A stretch of 51,633 nucleotides of DNA from Thermoplasmatota archaeon. Its GTDB lineage: Archaea > Thermoplasmatota > E2 > DHVEG-1. The stretch lies in contig JAUWWG010000001.1 of the NCBI GenBank assembly GCA_030616985.1, positions 1 through 51,633 on the forward strand. Reading direction: 5' to 3'. Of this stretch, positions 47,401 to 51,633 are shown one piece after another. A program made the translations under genes and the position numbers. Every line of letters begins with the position of its first letter. Position 1 is the first letter of the stretch. Under the pieces are notes generated by a model, which saw nothing but the letters and a program-made list of their open reading frames with translations, had not been told where the DNA came from and made no database searches.

Positions 47401-47473
47401 CATTTCCACAAGCAACTGCTAATAGAGCGACAAACACCAGCGTCAAAAATATTACAAACATTTTCTTTTTCAT
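41429..47473 (-). CDS. Giant secreted surface protein (2,014 aa): beta-propeller, DUF11-like, six Cys-rich Ig-like modules (one with a thioester-domain-like insert), Ig-like region, VWA, C-terminal beta-sandwich; no membrane anchor
   Basis: The signal peptide is MKKKMFVIFLTLVFVALLAVACG. It has YVTN-type propeller repeats (GIAVD..LYV.N pattern) and a DUF11-like block NYSICFDN...VMIEDTLPSELIFIDASPGG. Modules are of the type ETFYVD-TPP-I-KTVGDPNC...GCCP...IEY...H.L..RAYDCLGN. The VWA motif is LDVMFLFDLTGSMGG. It ends ...ITVDTKR with no hydrophobic tail. Confidence 0.9.
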   Translation of the reverse strand: MKKKMFVIFLTLVFVALLAVACGNVSAKSLYVCSNTNDNAAPIQAYNINVDGTFTYQATYNTAFGWGSVGLAIDSNSGYLFLTQESSGTLSLINGTTMVGEGSVVAPGASNLAGVVYDHEKELLYIVDRGTDKLYSYVWDPVAKTLTLEAGFPINLPGSDMYGIALDEAKDILYVSNYYQLNVTYYDTATWSLQGAITLSNYPIGIAVDYVRGFLYTGAGFAGNNVLCKYDLNSATETTHTMTNGAMGLAVDQITGYVYSTHGYNGDQLIAWDTSTTPFTQLDITGDIGDPAGLCIPISDVSYNPLNLDKDDGIREGECVSPGDDINYSICFDNMNEFTVNNVMIEDTLPSELIFIDASPGGSYDSVNHNVSWDIGTISTEEGDCLWLLVQVDPLTPSETIISNYATIESDETPPTTKVEETTVCEDNGEDYPPTQTIELGTPLMEDVYNTGLEWLDLIGSQTPVWINSSDAETGTDFIKYKLFKSDVFGSWDDPAWVFVYDNQQTGNPFTTDADLNDGRISIQFYIEESCFHQIHAHCVDTMGNWNYLPPYDFLVDFDAPSNDDFTYIDSYLLPGGARYINNQSIKRIFANDTGCTGGIAGVDRIIWRIENNKTQIIAEGIIYDNNDTGYEDANVSVSGDLDDTEGKMIIDIQLNEECMHFIYHQAIDKLENKVVGRKQLVYVDLTPPTIFKTVGDPNCTIVTGEEYCITPDTPITFYAEDRGCMGGVGLDTVEYNIWYNGDWTGWMLLEELEDEPLYLTEECMHYLLIRATDILGNEFEDNETFYVDITAPIIEKTVGDPNCTLNCKSLKLPSSSVTMVVQHWGANSYFDVTLSNVPFGYDIANGDYLGWCVDQNQLISNGVDYSVDLWCSYDPLMPWPDSDWDMVNYIINHKHPDATKTDIQEAIWYFVDGGNDPSNDAGKSMVENATNFGEGFMPSIGEWCAILCDAGEDAQKTFIEVLVPDRYCVTTDTNITLDAVDLGCCPSGDFTIEYRIWYLGTWTSWMNYTGNITLSGECVHYLEARAYDCLGNLGEIDNETFFVDDTPPEIIKTVGDLNCTGCGEMGDDDYCVTTDTLITLEAVEQGCCPSEGVTIEYKIGDGSWIEYIEPFNFTEECEHQLYVRAYDCLGNGMDEMYWDNETFYVDETPPEIIKTVGDPNCTDCGEMGEDDYCVTTETLITLDALEMGCCPCTNVTIEYMIGFYDYEVWVWTDWIEYKEPFNFTEECVHELVVRAYDCLGNGLDDAFWDHETFYVDDTPPPKPEKIVGDPKVKLENDSSGHDQWMIFPDTEICFTEIGDEGCCPCEGVTIEYRIWYLGSWTEWTDYTECITLTRGCVHYLEARAYDCLGNRGEIDNETFWVCSPGDTGPTIMINDPMFGSTHCERTLKVNITAFDHESSWDELTVKLWIPGGRRDAPTLWYDPEYNTTDGYWYADIDIFKYQNGAEITLQALAVDGDMNSEFAIPVTFEICSSTVWDQWMQNGWNKLTIPFGGISCNNSVESVLASIDGMYSKIYYYDVVEDAWHSWIKELVEMGFVDLEDMYCGKDYWVKMNDTEARFYTDTSGPEVEILDPMDGDVRCEGPGNMNFYAYDYETGVDEVHVLIHDITADAYWNGSAWIPEETWLLCAHDYDEYWEYDSEGIWTLDHTYNITAKATDMAGCTATDDASISIQCLECTAGGGATVSPESFEATMIPGESVWDNKTIITDEIPIGKLDVMFLFDLTGSMGGVISSAKTSAIDIMTDIRSNISNSYFGVGSFMDYPAYYNYCGYSSDYGYPSYGDYAWSLDQDITTDASAVSTAINALVLGGGADGPESYARALYESQFVGWRFGARKIVVIFEDNIPHDCDFSTFGCSGNTGVDPGRDAIAGTSDDLPWADVIADLKAADISVVVIDSGGYDDCPWLYATSETGGLFEELASSGDLGDAIVELIEDITATVSELTLEVSEGYEDWFEWEPEAHYDVGGGETLEFNVSITVPEETPDGTYFICLKVIGDGAILAVQEIQITVDTKR
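43403..45436 (-). repeat. Six tandem ~100-110-aa Cys-rich Ig-like modules inside the giant gene
   Basis: Module boundaries by hand count: residues 680-783, 784-1039 (with insert), 1040-1141, 1142-1251, 1252-1357. Each is delimited by [EQ]-[TL]-[FV]-[YFW]-V-D-x-T-[PA]-P. Confidence 0.8.
44579..45058 (-). other. Thioester-domain (TQXA/TED)-like insert in module 2 of the giant protein
   Basis: Cys853 sits in GDYLGWCVDQ (codon 44915-44917). Gln905 sits in MVNYIINHKHPDATKTDIQEAIWYFVDG (codon 44759-44761). This gives aromatic-C-aliphatic-D and Q-x-A-I-W contexts like Gram-positive adhesin TEDs. Confidence 0.4.
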
Positions 47474-48177
47474 TTTTATTTTCTCCTTATATTCTTCTTG
47501 GGAAAAATTTACTTCCCCCTTACAATCTCATCAGTTTTATCCATTCTACATATTTTATTTTAGCTGTTTATGAGTTAAATCATCTCATAATAGGCCAAAT
47601 TACTATTATTCATCCATTTATATATTTTTCGTAATAGTAGATTTTCTATATGAACAGCCATATTCCCCCATCTTCATCCATCTCACGTCTATAATAACGT
47701 CCATTTATTATCTCATCATTATAAGGAAACTTTATATAAGTTTATCGATATTTTACTTATATTCTTTATTTATATTTTTGTGATATTTATAATATATGTT
47801 TTATATGTGATATGTGCAACAACGCATGGTTTCTAGACGATTTTTATGATTGTAGCTCTTGTATTATTGTAAACCACAACTTTTACTTCAGCCACATCGT
47901 ATATTCAACTAACACACCATAAACACAGTGCTCATAACATACTAACATCTTAAAAAAAAACTAAATGGACTAGAATGAAAAGAAAATTAAAATGAAAAAA
48001 AATAGGTCTAAAAATCATTTTTATTTCCAATCCAAATTCACATGGACAAGAAGTATATATTTTGATAAATGAACTTATCACACATGCTTTTTCAAAACTA
48101 CATCTGGTTTCCATTAAAACTATACTAACAAACAAGAAAAACATAAGAAAAAAAATAGACTTTTAATGATAATGTTA

Positions 48178-48408
48178 TCAGTCAAAATCTGTTCCTAGAT
48201 CGTAGCCACAATACGGACATTCATTTCCATCGTCCAGGGCTTGATTACAGTTAGGGCATACGCTCTCAGAGCTAAAATCTTGGTTTTCAGCTTCGATAGA
48301 ACACCCACATTTTGGGCACACATAGGTAGGGGGCAAACTATCGGACGAAAGATGCATTTTCTCACCGCAATTTGGACAGACCCATTTTTCTTCCAGTTCC
48401 GTTATCAT
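48178..48408 (-). CDS. Multi-CxxC zinc-ribbon protein (76 aa from ATG 48408; 83 aa if TTG 48429 is used)
   Basis: CPNC, CPKC, CPNC, CPYC pairs. It lies behind conserved-element promoter copy 3. Confidence 0.6.
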   Translation of the reverse strand: MITELEEKWVCPNCGEKMHLSSDSLPPTYVCPKCGCSIEAENQDFSSESVCPNCNQALDDGNECPYCGYDLGTDFD

Positions 48409-48465
48409 TTCCACATATATCCGCTCCAATTTTATTACAAAGCATTTTATTGTCTACTGCCTATT

Positions 48466-48499
48466 CTATTTAAATCTAGTGTGGCAAAATGTCAAAATG
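48466..48499 (-). promoter_or_regulatory. TATA box plus conserved 19-nt upstream element (copy 3)
   Basis: Plus strand reads CTATTTAAAT-CTAGT-GTGGCAAAATGTCAAAATG. It sits in the divergent region between the zinc-ribbon gene and the DUF3160-like gene. Confidence 0.55.
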
Positions 48500-48676
48500 A
48501 AAATATTTCCTTACGCTCCTATTATGAAGGCAGGTTTCAGATTGTATACACCATCCAACACATATTCTAAATGTTTGACATGCAACTTCATCCCACTTGT
48601 ATTCGGCTTTTCCCAAACGTTTTAAACAACTATTTATACAAAACCAATTATAACAAAGGACAGAGGTTTGGTTTTA

Positions 48677-50992
48677 ATGAAAATTGATAAAAAAATTATT
48701 TCGCTGCTAATAGTCGGTCTGCTTGCATCAACAGTTATGCCAGGATGTATCGAACAACAAAGTGGAAGTAGCGGAATAGGATTGATCACCATACCCGCTG
48801 CAAGTGCATCTGCTTCGGATAACCCAAAATACGCTATGGCATCATATTACAGTTCAGAAGAACTAATTATAAACACCAGTGTACCTCAATATGACCTGCC
48901 TTTAGATTTAACATCGATAACAAACGTAAATGACATCTATTCTCGATTTTACCTTAACGAGGAGCAAAAAAATCTTTTGAGTGGAAATGGCTTCGTTGTC
49001 ATAGACCGCGGCTTTGAAAATGATATAATCCGGCCATATAAAGAAATGAAACTAGCCGACATACCAATTTTTGTAACCAGTGATACATTGCTGCATTTAT
49101 ACCACATACAATTTGATGAAATACTGAAGGGAATAGAAGAAAGGGAATTCTTTGGCAAAATTCTAGATCTAAGCAAAGCACTTTTTGATAAATCAGTAGA
49201 AGGCTATCAGAACTATATTGATAGTGATCTAAAGGAGGTGGCACGGCGCAATATCGCCTATTTGGCTGTTGGGCTGTCTCTATTGCAAACGCCAACAGAA
49301 GAATATGATGGGTCTGAGGATATACAAACAGTCGATTTTAGCATCCCTAGTTATGTAAACGATGAAGTAGAAGGAGAAGTTGCATTTATTGAATCTCAAG
49401 ATGGTTTTCATGATAGTCCACTATTTCTCTATAGGGAGGATTACTCCCAATACAAACCACGGGGACACTACATGCAATCAGAGAAACTCAAACGCTATTT
49501 CAAAGCCATGATGTGGTACGGACGAATGTCCTTTTTGATGAAAGGCGGAACTCCCCATTGCCAATACTGTGATTTTCTGATATCTGATAATGATGCAAAG
49601 ATTCAAACAATTCAGGCAAGCTTGATAGCTACTACATTACCAAGCGTGACGATAGATGACGAATCCCTTGAAAACATATGGACAAGAATATACAAGGTTA
49701 CGTCTTTCTTTGTGGGAACCGCAGATGATCTTACGCCATATGAATATCTTGACTGCATAAAGGATGTTTTCGGATCGGAATTCAATGCAACCGAACTTGC
49801 CAATGATACAAAACTACTCGAGTTGAAAGTGGAACTAGTACAACTCAGAAACCCAAAGATATATGGTGGAACAGGAGAAATAGTCATACTTAAGCCACCT
49901 GGAGTGCCATTTACCATTGAGGATCTCAACGAAACGCTTGACAAAACCAAAGGCATGCGGCTCATGGGACAACGATTCATACCAGATTCATACATGTTCC
50001 AACAACTGGTATTCCCTGCAGTAGATCCATTTACTGGAACAGGAAAACCATTCACCATGGAGTACACCGGTGGAGGGCCTGCCCGTGTTTTTCCCAGAGG
50101 ACTTGATGTCATGGCAGTACTAGGATCAGACAGAGCCCTTGAAATCCTCGAAAACGAAGGCGACACAGAATATGAACACTACTATGAACAACTAAACATG
50201 TTGCAGGAAAACTTCTCCAACCTGAACATTACGGAATGGAACCGCAATCTATATTTCAGTTGGATATACACCCTAAAATCATTATTAAAAGAGTACAACA
50301 GCAGCTATCCGACATTTATGAATACAGCCGCATGGCAGGATAAGGGACTACAGACAGTACTTGCATCCTGGAGTGAACTGCGCCATGATACAATCCTTTA
50401 TGGAAAACAGAGCTATACACCAATTAAAGCAACGTCAGTAGAACCTCCGGAAAAACCTGTTGTTGGATATGTCGAACCAGTACCAGAATTCTACTTACGA
50501 ATTCATGCACTCACCAAAATGACACGAGACGGACTAACAGACCTTAATGTTCTAAACGACACAGAAACCAATAGATTACAAAGCCTAGAAATAATTCTCG
50601 AACGTTTAATTAACATATCAAAAAAAGAGCTTGAAAACAAGGAACTTACAGATTCTGACTATGAATTCATCAGAAACTTTGGTGAAAACCTGGACAGTAT
50701 AGTAACTGGAGTCAAAGATAAGGGAAAAGAAACAACGATTATTGCAGATGTACACACCGACACAAACACAGGACAAGTCTTAGAAGAAGGAGTTGGATAT
50801 GTCGACCTAATCCTCGTTGCGTACACGGCTCCTAATGGCAACATCATAGTTGGCGTAGGTCCCGTCCTTAGCTACTATGAATTTAAACATCCAATGGATA
50901 ATCGACTAACCGATGAGCAATGGACCGACATGCTACAAGGCGGGCAAACTCCAGATAGACCTGATTGGATTATCTCATTTATATCAGAATAA
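48677..50992 (+). CDS. DUF3160-like secreted lipoprotein (771 aa)
   Basis: The ORF track opens at TTG 48668; ATG 48677 follows GGACAGAGG. Lipobox-like VMPGC. PIFVTSDTLLHLYHIQFDEILK and YSQYKPRGHY match DUF3160 signature segments as I recall them. Confidence 0.7.
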   Translation: MKIDKKIISLLIVGLLASTVMPGCIEQQSGSSGIGLITIPAASASASDNPKYAMASYYSSEELIINTSVPQYDLPLDLTSITNVNDIYSRFYLNEEQKNLLSGNGFVVIDRGFENDIIRPYKEMKLADIPIFVTSDTLLHLYHIQFDEILKGIEEREFFGKILDLSKALFDKSVEGYQNYIDSDLKEVARRNIAYLAVGLSLLQTPTEEYDGSEDIQTVDFSIPSYVNDEVEGEVAFIESQDGFHDSPLFLYREDYSQYKPRGHYMQSEKLKRYFKAMMWYGRMSFLMKGGTPHCQYCDFLISDNDAKIQTIQASLIATTLPSVTIDDESLENIWTRIYKVTSFFVGTADDLTPYEYLDCIKDVFGSEFNATELANDTKLLELKVELVQLRNPKIYGGTGEIVILKPPGVPFTIEDLNETLDKTKGMRLMGQRFIPDSYMFQQLVFPAVDPFTGTGKPFTMEYTGGGPARVFPRGLDVMAVLGSDRALEILENEGDTEYEHYYEQLNMLQENFSNLNITEWNRNLYFSWIYTLKSLLKEYNSSYPTFMNTAAWQDKGLQTVLASWSELRHDTILYGKQSYTPIKATSVEPPEKPVVGYVEPVPEFYLRIHALTKMTRDGLTDLNVLNDTETNRLQSLEIILERLINISKKELENKELTDSDYEFIRNFGENLDSIVTGVKDKGKETTIIADVHTDTNTGQVLEEGVGYVDLILVAYTAPNGNIIVGVGPVLSYYEFKHPMDNRLTDEQWTDMLQGGQTPDRPDWIISFISE

Positions 50993-50997
50993 AAAGT

Positions 50998-51417
50998 TCA
51001 AATTTCGGTTGCAAAAATTTTAATTTTTCTTTTTTCCCATGCATCTTCAGAAAGTGTGTTGTAAATATTTTCCTTAGGTGTGTCCTTAGAATGTTTTTCA
51101 GTGTGAATATCTTCTACTTTTTTGCTTTCTTCCATTGCATAGTTTAAAATAGTGTTTTTCTTAAGCTGCCAGTAATGCGTACGCCACGCTCTACCGTCAT
51201 ATAATATTGTTTCTTCCCGCCCAGTTACGATCATTCCTTCTTCCTCTAAGATGTAAAACAGCTGCCTATCTTCAGGATCCAAGTAATTATCAATAATGCG
51301 GTCATCGTACCCAAATAGATCCAGGACAAATCCAGCGGTTCTACTGGCCCTCCTCGCATCAATACCCATTCTGTTTGATATTGCTTTTGACAAGTCATTC
51401 AATGTTATAATTTTCAT
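50998..51417 (-). CDS. Hypothetical protein (139 aa)
   Basis: ORF with a plausible globular N-terminal ~90 aa (…DRQLFYILEEEGMIVTGREETILYDGRAWRTHYWQLK…) and a Lys/Glu-rich tail. Family not recognised. Confidence 0.55.
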   Translation of the reverse strand: MKIITLNDLSKAISNRMGIDARRASRTAGFVLDLFGYDDRIIDNYLDPEDRQLFYILEEEGMIVTGREETILYDGRAWRTHYWQLKKNTILNYAMEESKKVEDIHTEKHSKDTPKENIYNTLSEDAWEKRKIKIFATEI

Positions 51418-51515
51418 ACGAACTGCTCTCCCCCGTCAATATTTGTTATTTTGACAGTATTATATAATATGTAACCCATAATATATATACATTTTTACTC
51501 TCTATGTGTCAAATT

Positions 51516-51633
51516 GCGCTTCGGGTACCACTCATTTCTACTCACTTCGTTCGCTCAAATGGGTGGCATGTTCGCCTTCCCTTCGGTCGGCTCAACCCTC
51601 AGCACTCAGGCAGTCTAGGAGGCAAAATCATCA
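51516..51633 (+). ncRNA. Candidate structured RNA (sRNA or 5' leader), truncated by the window edge
   Basis: A segment of about half G+C appears abruptly in one-third-G+C DNA, with stops in all frames on both strands. It has a 10-bp stem CCACTCATTT (51528-51537) / AAATGGGTGG (51557-51566) with one G-U. A TATA-like AATATATATA lies at ~51480-51489, ~25 nt upstream of G51516. AGGAGG sits at 51617-51622. Confidence 0.3.

Noticed and set aside
47950-48144. 64-aa minus-strand ORF in the long spacer
   Set aside because: It is Phe/Ile/Leu low-complexity sequence generated by A/T runs, with no RBS.
49612-50166. 184-aa minus-strand ORF, plus 48949..49176 and 48999..49295
   Set aside because: They are antisense within the DUF3160-like gene and have Ser/Pro-rich composition. 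There is no start context or motif.

Overview
This is an AT-rich (roughly one-third G+C by eye) archaeal chromosomal segment. Evidence for archaeal origin: radA, smc-scpA-scpB, an RPA-like OB-fold protein, MtrA/MtrH homologues, TATA-box promoters, GGAGG-type ribosome-binding sites, and a tRNA-Phe with an archaeal TTCAAGT T-loop and no encoded CCA. The lineage cannot be fixed without a search. The left two-thirds is mostly housekeeping: SAM methyltransferase, HflX, a PLP acyltransferase, an NAD-kinase-like protein, RadA, an MtrA/MtrH/core-MetE cluster, RPA, a TauE permease, SMC/ScpA/ScpB and a PAS-DUF835-HTH sensor. Many secreted or membrane proteins of unknown function are interspersed. The most unusual region is 34.9-47.5 kb, with four co-oriented minus-strand genes for very large cell-surface proteins. 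One is an unanchored 2,014-aa giant: beta-propeller, DUF11-like domain, six Cys-rich Ig-like modules, a thioester-domain-like insert and VWA. The other three are different proteins that share a C-terminal cassette of a DxDxDG calcium-loop-like motif (two copies in the PKD proteins), a TM helix and a Lys-rich tail. A CxxC/DsbD-like thiol-disulfide membrane protein flanks this island. A second notable signal is a 19-nt element, GTGRCAAAATGYCAAAATG, placed exactly 5 nt on the BRE side of the TATA box of three minus-strand promoters (30.2, 31.6 and 48.5 kb). Other points: a likely self-contained corrinoid-dependent methionine-synthase module, an HhH-fused N-terminally truncated MCM-family ATPase, an orphan perfect 16-bp hairpin, a GC-rich structured RNA candidate at the right edge, and several short ORFs missing from the ORF track. 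No CRISPR array, rRNA, transposase or integrase was seen. All family assignments come from motif recognition by eye and need HMM or BLAST confirmation.
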